A stretch of 64,000 nucleotides of DNA from Fibrobacteria bacterium (GCA_043745805.1 JAYTSD010000017.1:96001-160000), one strand, 5' to 3'. Positions 10,987-20,744 are shown, counted from the first letter of the stretch. Notes: generated by a model not told the origin, from the letters alone. Program-made: numbers and translations.

Positions 10987-11295
10987 ATGAAAATCGATCC
11001 AATATATCAAGCGCTCGGTGTTGAAATCCAAAAGGTTTCGGGACAGGCCAAAAATGTAGAGAAAGCGGAGAAAGGCAATAAGCTTGATTCTGTTACCCTC
11101 TCCAAAAAAGCCCAAGAGTTAAGTCGCGCTTCAGATATCGATGCTGTATCACGTCAAATTGCAAATATTCCTGATATTCGTACTGAAAAAGTGCAAACGG
11201 TAAAGGCTAGAGTTGCTGCCGGATATTATGAAACGCCTCAATTTATGGATCAATTAGCAGAAAAGCTTATCAAGGATTTTGGACTTTCCGCTTAA
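10987..11295 (+). CDS. flgM: Anti-sigma-28 factor FlgM
   Basis: DSVTLSKKAQEL...PDIRTEKVQTVKARVAAGYY...LAEKLI matches the FlgM C-terminal pattern. Confidence 0.85.
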   Translation: MKIDPIYQALGVEIQKVSGQAKNVEKAEKGNKLDSVTLSKKAQELSRASDIDAVSRQIANIPDIRTEKVQTVKARVAAGYYETPQFMDQLAEKLIKDFGLSA

Positions 11296-11310
11296 ACTCA
11301 CTGTAACGAC

Positions 11311-12150
11311 ATGCGTTCAGTTTTTCTCCTCTTAATTAGCCTTACGTTTCTTTACTCCGAAAAGAATATTGTTTTCGAAAAAGCAAATTCACCGCTTCCT
11401 GAAACCAAAATTAATTTTTTAAATGCTGCGGATTGGAATGATGGGAAAGCCGAAATTTTGAGTTATAGTGTGGAAAAATCCTATCGAGGTGAGGAATTAC
11501 TTTTTAATAGCGATGTGCTTACCGAAAGAGAGTATCTCAATACGAAGTCCGGTATTTGCGCACATAAGGCTGGTGAAGAGGATATAGGGGTATTTGCCAT
11601 GACCTTACAATACCAATTTATCAGTGATACATTAATTACTCAATTTAGTACTTCCCTTAAAACCAATATGGAATGGCCGTTGCATATTATAAGGCAAGAA
11701 ACTGCCATACAAAGTTGGTTGGGATTAAGCTGGAGATCAATCAAACAAAATGAAAATGGTATCCGTCTCTCGCTTTTAAGTAGTGGCCTAGAAGCCAATA
11801 GGGAAAGTGATTTAAATAAAACCGATATTCTTAGCGAAGAATTGCTTTTTTTGTATTTGCGTAACCTTCCATTTGCTTCTGGATATAGCGAAGAAATTTG
11901 GTTACTGGACAGCCAATTTAATGAAAAAGCTCCTACTAATGTGCAGTATGCTAAAATTAAAGTGGAATCTAAAACGGTTAGCGTACAAGAAAGAGTTACT
12001 TGGCCTGTTACCGTAACAAAAGCAGATGGTCAAAAATTATTTTTTTGGATTAGCGTCGATGGTCTGCATCCTATTGTTAAAGCTATTTTAGCGGATAAGA
12101 GTATTTGGAACCTAGAAAAAATTCAGCGCAAAAAATATTGGACTTGGTAA
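11311..12150 (+). CDS. Exported hypothetical protein (beta-rich, possibly DUF3108-like)
   Basis: 279-aa ORF with N-terminal signal peptide; WNDGKAE motif. Confidence 0.6.
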   Translation: MRSVFLLLISLTFLYSEKNIVFEKANSPLPETKINFLNAADWNDGKAEILSYSVEKSYRGEELLFNSDVLTEREYLNTKSGICAHKAGEEDIGVFAMTLQYQFISDTLITQFSTSLKTNMEWPLHIIRQETAIQSWLGLSWRSIKQNENGIRLSLLSSGLEANRESDLNKTDILSEELLFLYLRNLPFASGYSEEIWLLDSQFNEKAPTNVQYAKIKVESKTVSVQERVTWPVTVTKADGQKLFFWISVDGLHPIVKAILADKSIWNLEKIQRKKYWTW

Positions 12151-12172
12151 AATCAAAACTATTGACAAGCTA

Positions 12173-12227
12173 TTCACTAACCTTCACCGCATTGCATTAA
12201 TCTTCACCTCACTTCACATCCCTTCAC
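12173..12227. repeat. Array of TTCAC pentamers at exact 10-bp periodicity (5 perfect + 1 degenerate)
   Basis: TTCAC at 12173, 12183, 12203, 12213, 12223; TGCAT at 12193. Confidence 0.85.
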
Positions 12228-12279
12228 TATAAAATAATCCTTACCTTGAATTTTAAAGCGAAAATCACGTTTTTTTAAA

Positions 12280-12296
12280 TTGGCATCGGGTTTGCA
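12280..12296 (+). promoter_or_regulatory. Sigma-54 (-24/-12) promoter upstream of spoVG-comM
   Basis: TTGGCATCGGGTTTGCA matches TGGCAC-N5-TTGCW with exact spacing. Confidence 0.75.
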
Positions 12297-12350
12297 TTAG
12301 AGATAAATTATCGGGGCAAGAGTGCTTCGAGTTAACTCAATGGAGAATAT

Positions 12351-12644
12351 ATGTCTTTACAAGGATTAGAAATTACCAATGTCAATGTTCACCCTATCAA
12401 AGAAAAAAAGCCCGATAGCCAAATCGAAGCAATGGCCAAAGTGGTTTTTAATAATCACTTCGCAGTGAATAGCATAAAAATTGTGCAAGGAAAATTTGGT
12501 TTATTCCTTTCCTTCCCTCGTCAATTTAGTCGTGATGAAAATAAAGGTTATAACCTATGCGCTCCGGTAACACGAGAAATGCGGGAGTATATTTCTGAAA
12601 TTGTTCTGGATCAATATCATATGCAATTAGCGGCATTATCCTAA
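12351..12644 (+). CDS. spoVG: SpoVG-family nucleic-acid-binding regulator
   Basis: EITNVNVHP, AKVVFNNHFAVNSIKIVQGKFGLFLSFP, CAPVTREMREYI; GGAG RBS. Confidence 0.88.
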   Translation: MSLQGLEITNVNVHPIKEKKPDSQIEAMAKVVFNNHFAVNSIKIVQGKFGLFLSFPRQFSRDENKGYNLCAPVTREMREYISEIVLDQYHMQLAALS

Positions 12645-12725
12645 AACTCAAATAATAATTAATCTCTAAAAATGTGATTGCATTTAGAAAAACATTTGCC
12701 TAGATGTAATCACAGGAAAAAATAT

Positions 12726-14270
12726 ATGCTCGCAATTATACATTCGGCTGCTTTACTTGGTATTAATGCCATACCGGTTATTATCGAAGTTGACATTAGT
12801 TTAGGCTTACCCGGTTTTAATTTGGTGGGCCTACCTGATTCCGCCGTGCGCGAAAGTCGGGAAAGAGTTTTTTCAGCTATTAAAAATGCTGGCTATCAAG
12901 TTCCTAGTCGCCGTATTACTATCAATTTAGCACCCGCGGATATACGCAAAGAAGGTACTGCATTCGATTTGCCTTTGGCCATAGGGATTCTCATGGCCTC
13001 GGAACAAATTGAAGCTTTGCCAGTAGGAAAAGTGATCATCTTAGGAGAACTGTCCTTGGATGGTGGTATTCGTCCGGTGCATGGTGCGCTCTCAATTGCT
13101 GCTTTTGGGCAACAGATGCAAGCAGCGGGTTTAATTTTGCCTTATGCAAATTCTGCGGAAGCCTCTTTGGTTTCTCGAGTAAAAATTTTTGGTGTGGAAA
13201 GTTTATCGGAAGCGATTCAAGTTTTACAAAACCCTCAGTATACAGCTCGTCCACCATTACCATTCATCGAAAAACAAGCTGAACCTACCTTAGACTTCAC
13301 GGAAGTAAAAGGCCAAGAACAAGCTCGCCGAGGGTTAGAAATTGCAGCAGCGGGCGCACATAATTTTTTAATGATCGGTAGTCCGGGGTGTGGGAAATCT
13401 TTAATGGCCAATTGTTTGCCTTCGATATTACCCCTTATGACAGAAACCGAAAGCCTAGAATGCACCAAAATTTATAGTGTATCAGGATTGTTATTACCCG
13501 GCGAAGGGCTTTTACGCAATCGACCTTTTCGCGCACCGCATCACACGATTAGCTCGCATGCTTTGGTAGGTGGAGGAACTTATCCTAAGCCTGGGCAAGT
13601 TAGCTTGGCGCATCATGGGGTTTTGTTTTTGGATGAAATGCCAGAATTTAACAAAGGGGTATTAGAGGTGTTACGGCAACCTTTAGAAGAGGGAAAAGTA
13701 ACCTTGTCGCGTACTCAGCAAACATTAACCTATCCATGTCGTTTCATGTTAGGAGCGGCATTAAATCCATGTCCTTGTGGTTATGCGATGGATTCAAGGC
13801 ATACTTGTACTTGCCGACCCGAAGAAATCGCCCGTTACCGGCAACGCTTGTCCGGTCCTTTGCTCGACAGAATAGATTTACATATGGAAATACCAAGTTT
13901 GAATTATGACCAATTGAGTGGAACGGAACCAGGTGAATCGTCTGCAGCCATTCGGCAAAGGGTGGAAAAGGCGAGGGCTATCCAACGCGAACGTTTTGCC
14001 GGTAAAGTGGGCTTATATTGTAATGCGCAAATGACGGGAAAAGAAATTCGGGAATTTTGCAAACTTCAGGAGGATGCTCAAGGTTTATTACGTGAAGCCG
14101 TTGAGACTTTGGGTTTATCGGCGCGTGCTTATGATCGGTTATTAAAGGTGTCGCGCACGATTGCCGATTTAGAAAATGTCGAAAATATTTTGGATTCTCA
14201 TTTAGCCGAAGCTATTCATTATCGTAGTTTGGATAGGCGAGAAAACCAGGTAGGAGTTATGCCTGCATAA
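12726..14270 (+). CDS. comM: ComM/YifB Mg-chelatase-like AAA+ helicase
   Basis: VGLPDSAVRESRERV, INLAPAD, GSPGCGKS, RPFRAPHH, LSGPLLDRID, LSARAYDR; start set at ATG 12726. Confidence 0.94.
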   Translation: MLAIIHSAALLGINAIPVIIEVDISLGLPGFNLVGLPDSAVRESRERVFSAIKNAGYQVPSRRITINLAPADIRKEGTAFDLPLAIGILMASEQIEALPVGKVIILGELSLDGGIRPVHGALSIAAFGQQMQAAGLILPYANSAEASLVSRVKIFGVESLSEAIQVLQNPQYTARPPLPFIEKQAEPTLDFTEVKGQEQARRGLEIAAAGAHNFLMIGSPGCGKSLMANCLPSILPLMTETESLECTKIYSVSGLLLPGEGLLRNRPFRAPHHTISSHALVGGGTYPKPGQVSLAHHGVLFLDEMPEFNKGVLEVLRQPLEEGKVTLSRTQQTLTYPCRFMLGAALNPCPCGYAMDSRHTCTCRPEEIARYRQRLSGPLLDRIDLHMEIPSLNYDQLSGTEPGESSAAIRQRVEKARAIQRERFAGKVGLYCNAQMTGKEIREFCKLQEDAQGLLREAVETLGLSARAYDRLLKVSRTIADLENVENILDSHLAEAIHYRSLDRRENQVGVMPA

Positions 14271-14319
14271 AGCTACTAAAGCCACTCTAAACAATATATT
14301 TTGCTGTGAGTGGTAATTT

Positions 14320-15957
14320 TTAAAAAGTTAAAATGCTTTGGTCCCACATGGCAGGCGCTTCATAGCCCAATAAATTAACCGTAGTAGCTGCGATATTCGA
14401 AAGTCTAAATTCCGAATTAGCAATTTTGTATTTGCCGACATTTTGATTATCATAAAAAATGCAAGGCACTGGATTTAAAGTATGGCTAGTTTTGGGTTTG
14501 AAATTTCCATCTACCGATTTAACTGGCTGTCCGGTTTTTTTATTCAGCTCATACATTTCATCGGCATTGCCATGATCTGCTGTAATAATCGCCATGCCAC
14601 CTAATAAATCGATAACCGGTAATAGGCGACTTAAAGCCAAATCTACTGTTTCAATTGCTAAAACGGTGGGAAAAAAATTGCCTGTATGTCCTACCATATC
14701 GCCATTAGCATAATTCACTCGTGCGGTGCGAAAATTTCCAGTTTTTAATTCTTTAATTAAAGCATCGGTAATTTCGGCGGACTTCATCCAAGGTCTTTCA
14801 TCAAAAGATACGCGGTCGGAAGGCACCTCAATATAGGTTTCTAGCTTTTCATCAAATTTACCGCTGCGATTTCCATTCCAAAAATAAGTGACATGCCCAA
14901 ATTTTTGTGTTTCAGAAATAGCTAATTGCGAAATACCGCTTCCCGCCAAATATTCGCCCATAGTATTTTTGATTTCAGGGGGCGTAACGAGGTAATGTTT
15001 AGGTAACATCAAGTCGCCATCATATTGCAACATTCCGGCATAACAGACTTTTGGGACGCGCATGCGAGGGAAAAAATTAAATTCAGCGTCTTCAAAAGCG
15101 CGGGTAATTTCAATGGCACGGTCGCCGCGGAAATTAAAAAACACCACACTATCATGGTCTACAATGCGTCCAACAGGCTGACCATCTTCTGCAATGATAA
15201 AAGCGGGTAAGTTTTGATCAATGACTTTTGCTTCGCCGCGATAAGTATTAATCGCCTCTTCCGCACTTGCAAATTGCCGACCTTCGCCAAGTACATGGGT
15301 TTTCCAACCTAATTCTACCATGGCCCAATCGGCTTCATAGCGATCCATAGTAACTTGCATGCGGCCACCGCCACTGGCAATTTTTACATCAAAATTAGTT
15401 TCACGAATTTCTTCTAAAAACCTCTCGAAGGGTAATACATAATCCAAGGCCGAGGTTTCGCCCACATCGCGCCCATCAAGTAAAATATGGACGCGAACTT
15501 TTTGTTGCCCTTCTTTTTTGGCACGCACAATCATTGCTTTCAAATGATTAATATGTGCATGCACATTGCCATCGGAAAATAAACCCAGAAAATGCAAGGT
15601 GCTTTGATGATCCTTCACATTTTTTAAAATTTCTTTCCAAGCATCGCGTTCAAAAATTTTACCCGAAGCTAAGGCTTCACTTACTAAGGAAGCGCCTTGA
15701 TTAAATATTTGACCTGCACCAATAGCATTGTGTCCCACTTCGGAATTACCCATATCTTCATCACTGGGCATACCAACTGCTTTGCCATGTGCTTGCAATA
15801 AAGTGTTGGGATATTTTGCAAACAGATTTTTGAGAATAGGCGAATTCGCCTGGGCAATGGCATTCCCTTCCGTATTTTGACTAATGCCAAAACCATCCAT
15901 TACAATGGTAACAATGGGGCCACGGTAACTTGGGAGATGCGAATTGCGCTGTAGCAT
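14320..15957 (-). CDS. gpmI: 2,3-bisphosphoglycerate-independent phosphoglycerate mutase
   Basis: MDGFG, MGNSEVGH, SDGNVH, NFRGDRA, DMVGHTG, TADHGN. Confidence 0.96.
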   Translation of the reverse strand: MLQRNSHLPSYRGPIVTIVMDGFGISQNTEGNAIAQANSPILKNLFAKYPNTLLQAHGKAVGMPSDEDMGNSEVGHNAIGAGQIFNQGASLVSEALASGKIFERDAWKEILKNVKDHQSTLHFLGLFSDGNVHAHINHLKAMIVRAKKEGQQKVRVHILLDGRDVGETSALDYVLPFERFLEEIRETNFDVKIASGGGRMQVTMDRYEADWAMVELGWKTHVLGEGRQFASAEEAINTYRGEAKVIDQNLPAFIIAEDGQPVGRIVDHDSVVFFNFRGDRAIEITRAFEDAEFNFFPRMRVPKVCYAGMLQYDGDLMLPKHYLVTPPEIKNTMGEYLAGSGISQLAISETQKFGHVTYFWNGNRSGKFDEKLETYIEVPSDRVSFDERPWMKSAEITDALIKELKTGNFRTARVNYANGDMVGHTGNFFPTVLAIETVDLALSRLLPVIDLLGGMAIITADHGNADEMYELNKKTGQPVKSVDGNFKPKTSHTLNPVPCIFYDNQNVGKYKIANSEFRLSNIAATTVNLLGYEAPAMWDQSILTF

Positions 15958-15958
15958 A

Positions 15959-17368
15959 TTAGCGTCCTTTAGGTTTAAAGCGAGTAGATGCTTTGGGTTT
16001 TTTTAAGAAAGAAGATTTGGAAGGATATTTGGCTTCGGCTTTAGTAGCGAATTTTAAAGATTCCAAAGCTGAAACCTTTCCCGTTTTAGGGTTGATTTTC
16101 GCTGCGCCTTTAATTTCACGCGCTTCAGCCTCATGGCTAGGCGGAGGGATACGATTTAATAAACCGAAGCTATCGGGAATTAACAATAACATGACTTCCA
16201 ATTTATCCGTACCAGGAAACATATCCAAAGGAATAATTTTGGAAACCATATAGCCGCTTTTACGCCAAGCATTTAGCTCTTCAGGAATAATATCGGTATT
16301 ACAAAAAATATGCACAATGCGTTGTGCGCCACGTTCGGCTAGTTTTTTAATCACGCCCGCTTCGGTGCCTTGGCGAGGAGGATCCAATAAAATGGCTTCC
16401 GGCTTGTCGCCATACTTGGGTAAAAGTTTTTCTAAAGTTTTTCGCTCGATTTTACCTGCGCGATACTGCACATGCCGTTTTATTTTTCCGCCGGTATTGT
16501 GAGCTTTAGCGGACTCAATGGATTCCCCAAAAGTTTCAATACCAAAAACTTCCGCAAATTGTGGTGCAAAATGATGGCTGAATAAACCATAACCGCAATA
16601 CAAATCGAGCAAGCGATTTTCGGCTTTGGGCTTGAGTAGTTGATTGGCTTTGTCTAATAATTCGGGAAGTATGGACACATTGATTTGCGAAAAGCAAATG
16701 GGATTATATAAATATTTGGTTTCGCCAACCTTAAGGAATAATTTTTCCGGCCCAAAAATATTTTTTAATTTCCAAATGCCTTCCGGCTTACGCTGGTCAA
16801 GATAAAAAGGACTTTCTTCGGGATCGTAAAAAATGAAAGCGGAAACAACTTTGGGTCCAATTTTCTTTAAATGTTCACCTAAAAGTTTTGCTTTGCGCAC
16901 CACTTCACCGCTTAAGTGACGCAAATTAAAAATTACACAAAACTCATCATAACTTCCACGTATCACCAAATAGTTAATGCGCTTGGCGATATAAGCATAG
17001 GCCGGTGAATTTAATTTTTGGGAAAGGAAGGCGTAAATCTCAGCATGGGCTTGTGGTTCGAGCGGAGAAGTAATTTGATTTTTTCTTTCCTTGCTATAAC
17101 CAATGCCTAATAAAAATTGGCCGCCACTCTCAAATACTTTGCGTTTGGAGGTGGTGCGATAATGCCGCGGTAATGGAGAGGGTATGACTTTATTTGGTTT
17201 ATCGGGTAAATGATGGGCTTTCCAGAAATCTTGCAAAGCCTCATTTTTGATTTTTAATTCCACTTCATAATCTAAAAAAGCCATCGGTTCAATATCGGAA
17301 CCTGCTTGGCGTGCTGGAGTATGAGGTCTTAATTTTTCGTGCAGAATTTCAGTAAAAGTCTTTTCCAT
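15959..17368 (-). CDS. RlmD/TrmA-family RNA uracil-C5 methyltransferase
   Basis: FSQIN, DLYCGYG, LDPPRQG, HIFCN catalytic Cys, DMFPGT; start set at ATG 17368. Confidence 0.85.
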   Translation of the reverse strand: MEKTFTEILHEKLRPHTPARQAGSDIEPMAFLDYEVELKIKNEALQDFWKAHHLPDKPNKVIPSPLPRHYRTTSKRKVFESGGQFLLGIGYSKERKNQITSPLEPQAHAEIYAFLSQKLNSPAYAYIAKRINYLVIRGSYDEFCVIFNLRHLSGEVVRKAKLLGEHLKKIGPKVVSAFIFYDPEESPFYLDQRKPEGIWKLKNIFGPEKLFLKVGETKYLYNPICFSQINVSILPELLDKANQLLKPKAENRLLDLYCGYGLFSHHFAPQFAEVFGIETFGESIESAKAHNTGGKIKRHVQYRAGKIERKTLEKLLPKYGDKPEAILLDPPRQGTEAGVIKKLAERGAQRIVHIFCNTDIIPEELNAWRKSGYMVSKIIPLDMFPGTDKLEVMLLLIPDSFGLLNRIPPPSHEAEAREIKGAAKINPKTGKVSALESLKFATKAEAKYPSKSSFLKKPKASTRFKPKGR

Positions 17369-17378
17369 GGGGCACAAG

Positions 17379-17798
17379 TTAAGAAATTTTTTGGGCAATG
17401 AGCTCAACAAAATCAGGATGAGAGCCAATATGGGGAAAAAGCGTGAGTTCCAGTGTTGGAAATTGAATTATTGCCTTTTCTAGAGCTTGAGGAATGTCGT
17501 GAATAACATGCATTCCCGAAAAAAGGAATAGGGGCAAGACACCCACTTGATAATGCCCAGCTTTAACCAAAAGGGTTAATGCTTCCACTAAATTGGGGGT
17601 TTGCAGAGTTAAAAAAGCAAAATGCACGACGGTATAATTTTGGGACTTCGCTACCGCTTTACTTAAGGCTTGTATTTCTGCTAATGTTTCGGGAGTTTTA
17701 CTCCCATGGGCCAAAAGTAAAAGTGCCTTTTTCCTTTTAGATTTCGCTAATTGCAGGGTGGGTTTTTTCATTGGTTTCTTTACAATAGACTTCGCCAT
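17379..17798 (-). CDS. CbiX/SirB-family small chelatase domain protein
   Basis: LLLAHGS, FAFL, PLFLFSGMHVIHDIP, IGSHP. Confidence 0.85.
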   Translation of the reverse strand: MAKSIVKKPMKKPTLQLAKSKRKKALLLLAHGSKTPETLAEIQALSKAVAKSQNYTVVHFAFLTLQTPNLVEALTLLVKAGHYQVGVLPLFLFSGMHVIHDIPQALEKAIIQFPTLELTLFPHIGSHPDFVELIAQKIS

Positions 17799-17839
17799 AT
17801 GCTAAAGTTAAAAATAACTTTCACTTCTCGGATTATTTC

Positions 17840-18151
17840 ATGAGCGCTTTAAATTTAAAAACAGTTTTATTTGCTGAGGAGCCTTGCATTGAGCTTAAAG
17901 GCGCATGCGATCAAAGAAGTTTAGATGTGCTTATTAAAGCTTTTCAAAAGGCTGTTCCTAAAGCCAAAGAATCCCTTTATCTACGACTGACGGAATTAGA
18001 GTATCTCGATAGTTCCGCCTTGGGAGTGATAATGTTTAATTATCATGAGCTTAAAAATAAAAGCGCCAAGCTTATTGTGCTCGAACCCTCCGATGAAATG
18101 CGCGAACTGTTTCATTCTACTTCATTGGATAAAATCATTATTATCCAATAA
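17840..18151 (+). CDS. STAS-domain anti-sigma factor antagonist
   Basis: LEYLDSSALGVI motif, ~100 aa. Confidence 0.85.
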   Translation: MSALNLKTVLFAEEPCIELKGACDQRSLDVLIKAFQKAVPKAKESLYLRLTELEYLDSSALGVIMFNYHELKNKSAKLIVLEPSDEMRELFHSTSLDKIIIIQ

Positions 18152-18241
18152 AATCAGTTTTTTTTCTGCGCGAATTAATTCTCAATAATTAGCAATCATA
18201 CTTAAATTTATCCTTTGATTAATTGATAAGGAACTCCTCTA

Positions 18242-18997
18242 TTGTCCTTTGCCATTGTATTAGTTGCCCCGGAACAGCCCGAGAATATTGGCTTTGTGGC
18301 TCGATCTATGAAATGCTTTGGACTGACTGAGTTGATTATTGTCGGGCATAAAAGTGCAGGCGACGCTGCTTACAGAACAGGTGTTGCGGCGCAAGAAATT
18401 TTAAACCAAGTAACTTTCTACGAGGATTCATCCAAGGCTTTGGAGAAAGCCTTGAACCCCTTTCAGGAAGCTTGGGGTTTTACGCGTCGGCCAAAAAATC
18501 CAGGTCAACTATGCGAGGACTGGTGGTCTTTTTTATCTCAGAACTTTGCGTCAAGTGAAGCGAGTCTAAGTGCGCTTTCCAATAAGCGTATCGCTTTAGT
18601 ATTTGGCAGAGAATCGGTAGGATTGCATAAGGAGGAAACCTTGTTGTTAACGCATTTGTTACGCATTGAATCCGCTTCGAAAACTATGAGTTTAAATCTC
18701 TCGCATGCCATAACTATAGTGCTAGCTGATTTACAAAGAAGTAAATTATTGGGACATGCAAAACAAGTTGCGCAACCCAAATCAAATGCGAATGCCTTTA
18801 CAAATGGCTTTACATTAGAAGAACGCCATAAAATATTACAACAATGGAAAAGGCTGTTGCAAAGCAAAGGATTTATGCATCCTGAAAAGGAAGCCGCGAC
18901 CACGGAATATTTACAACAGCTTTGGCAAAGATTAAATCCGCAAAAGCAAGAATTAGATTTTTTACAAGGTTTGCTGCGTAAAAGTTTAGGGGATTAA
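18242..18997 (+). CDS. SpoU/TrmJ-family RNA 2'-O-methyltransferase
   Basis: IVLVAPEQPENIGFVARSMKCFG, LVFGRESVGL, SLNLSHA. Confidence 0.88.
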   Translation: MSFAIVLVAPEQPENIGFVARSMKCFGLTELIIVGHKSAGDAAYRTGVAAQEILNQVTFYEDSSKALEKALNPFQEAWGFTRRPKNPGQLCEDWWSFLSQNFASSEASLSALSNKRIALVFGRESVGLHKEETLLLTHLLRIESASKTMSLNLSHAITIVLADLQRSKLLGHAKQVAQPKSNANAFTNGFTLEERHKILQQWKRLLQSKGFMHPEKEAATTEYLQQLWQRLNPQKQELDFLQGLLRKSLGD

Positions 18998-19080
18998 AGT
19001 AAATTACAGTGACAAGTTTTATCTTTAATTTGATGGAAAAATCAAGTACCACTTTATTCCCTAGCATTTAACTGAAAACT

Positions 19081-19932
19081 ATGCGGATTTTAAAAAATAC
19101 TCAATTGAAAATTGAAATCATTGATCCCGTAACCGATAGGGAACGGCTTGGTTCGAGGTATTGCCATGGCGGTTATATTTGGCAAGTGCACGATCTTAAA
19201 TTAGGGCCTTTGCTTTCAGGACCAGAATACCCTTTAGCCAATCCCACTCCATTTAGTGGACAAGGTTTACCCGAAGTCTTTGAAATTACCTTAGGCCAAA
19301 ATACGGTACAAATAGGGGAAGATGTGGCGGCCATTGGAGTCGGCTTGGTGACTCGCCAAAGTGAAGTCAAGCCTTTTCATGTACGCGATAATTTATTTGC
19401 TAAATCGGTTTTGGATTGGTCAATAGAAGAATTTTCTGATCGTATATGCATGACTACGACACAACAATTTGGCAAGTACAGTTTACTCTTGCAAAAAACC
19501 GTGAGTATTGATAACCGCAAAGTTACCTCTACCACCCAAATTAAAAACACCGGATCAATTGATTTACCCATTCGTTGGTTTGCACATCCCTTTTTTCCAA
19601 AATGTAAAGATGAGGTATACACAAAATTTTCAGTGGAAGCATTCATGCCGGAAAATAAAGGTTTTGCATGGAATGATCAAAAGCAAATTGTCATGCAGCA
19701 AAAACTGGATTGGAGCAAAGGTTGTTTTCAGCTTTTAGCCTTACCGTTTGGTTATCCGATAACAATTACACAAAATCATCCATTGCTTTCGCAAGTTTTA
19801 ATTGAATGCAATTTTGCATTGGCATGGATGCCAATTTGGGCAAATGATCGCACCTTTTCTTTTGAACCTTATTTCCATACTGTTTTAGCGCCGAATCAAA
19901 ATGTGGAGTGGTCTATAGCTTATGGTTTTTAA
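19081..19932 (+). CDS. Galactose-mutarotase/aldose-1-epimerase-like protein
   Basis: Beta-rich; NTG...WFAHPFF and SFEPY motifs typical of the fold. Confidence 0.65.
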   Translation: MRILKNTQLKIEIIDPVTDRERLGSRYCHGGYIWQVHDLKLGPLLSGPEYPLANPTPFSGQGLPEVFEITLGQNTVQIGEDVAAIGVGLVTRQSEVKPFHVRDNLFAKSVLDWSIEEFSDRICMTTTQQFGKYSLLLQKTVSIDNRKVTSTTQIKNTGSIDLPIRWFAHPFFPKCKDEVYTKFSVEAFMPENKGFAWNDQKQIVMQQKLDWSKGCFQLLALPFGYPITITQNHPLLSQVLIECNFALAWMPIWANDRTFSFEPYFHTVLAPNQNVEWSIAYGF

Positions 19933-19979
19933 AAGTGTTTGGGTGACAATTATTCTGAACCATTTTATTTGCGAGTGAA

Positions 19980-20744
19980 ATGAGTTTAATCAAATCTCCT
20001 GGATTTATTCTGCATAAAATTTCATTTTCGGAATCAAGTTTAATTCTCAAAGTTTATACCAAGCAATCAGGATTAATCAGCATGATTGCTAAAGGTGCCA
20101 AAGGCCCTAAGTCAAAATTTAAAGGTTTGCTCGATTCTTTTCACGAGTTGCAATTTCTGTACCCCGAAAAAAGCAAAAGCGAAATTTTAACCCTCACGGA
20201 AATTACCTTACTCAAAGATTTCCCCCAAATCAAAACGGATATTATGCGGCAGGCCATTGTGCATGTCTTATTCGAAACTTATTTGCGCTATTTGCATGGG
20301 CCTATGGCGCATGATGAGCTATACACTTTACTGGGAAATTTTTTATTTGCAATAGAAGCGGAAAGTGATTCTACCTGTTATGGTAAAATTTTATGTGAAT
20401 TTTTATTGCAATTTTGTTTAGGATTAGGATTTAGTCCACAATTCAATCGCTGTGTGCATTGTGAAGGACCGCTTAAGGAATTTAAAGTAAATATGCATAT
20501 CGATTTGGGTGGTCCCATTTGCGGAAATTGCAAAGTCCAACAATATGTGGCTTTGCAGCCCATGCGCATAAATATTTTACGATGGTTACATCAATTACAA
20601 AAAAAAATAGAAGCAGTAAATTCTATTACTTTATCCGAAGCGCGCGAAGCGGAAACATTTTTGTTTTCTTTTTTAGGAAAACATTCGGGTGGAGAGAAAA
20701 AATTAAAAGCTTTAGAATTTTATCGACACTTACAACATGAATGA
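19980..20744 (+). CDS. recO: DNA repair protein RecO
   Basis: FSESSLILKVYT, GLISMIAKGA, PQFNRCVHC...GGPICGNC Zn finger. Confidence 0.93.
   Translation: MSLIKSPGFILHKISFSESSLILKVYTKQSGLISMIAKGAKGPKSKFKGLLDSFHELQFLYPEKSKSEILTLTEITLLKDFPQIKTDIMRQAIVHVLFETYLRYLHGPMAHDELYTLLGNFLFAIEAESDSTCYGKILCEFLLQFCLGLGFSPQFNRCVHCEGPLKEFKVNMHIDLGGPICGNCKVQQYVALQPMRINILRWLHQLQKKIEAVNSITLSEAREAETFLFSFLGKHSGGEKKLKALEFYRHLQHE

Noticed and set aside
12171-12230. Possible CRISPR array or tandem repeat
   Set aside because: Unit is only 5 conserved plus 5 variable bp, far too short for CRISPR; no cas genes
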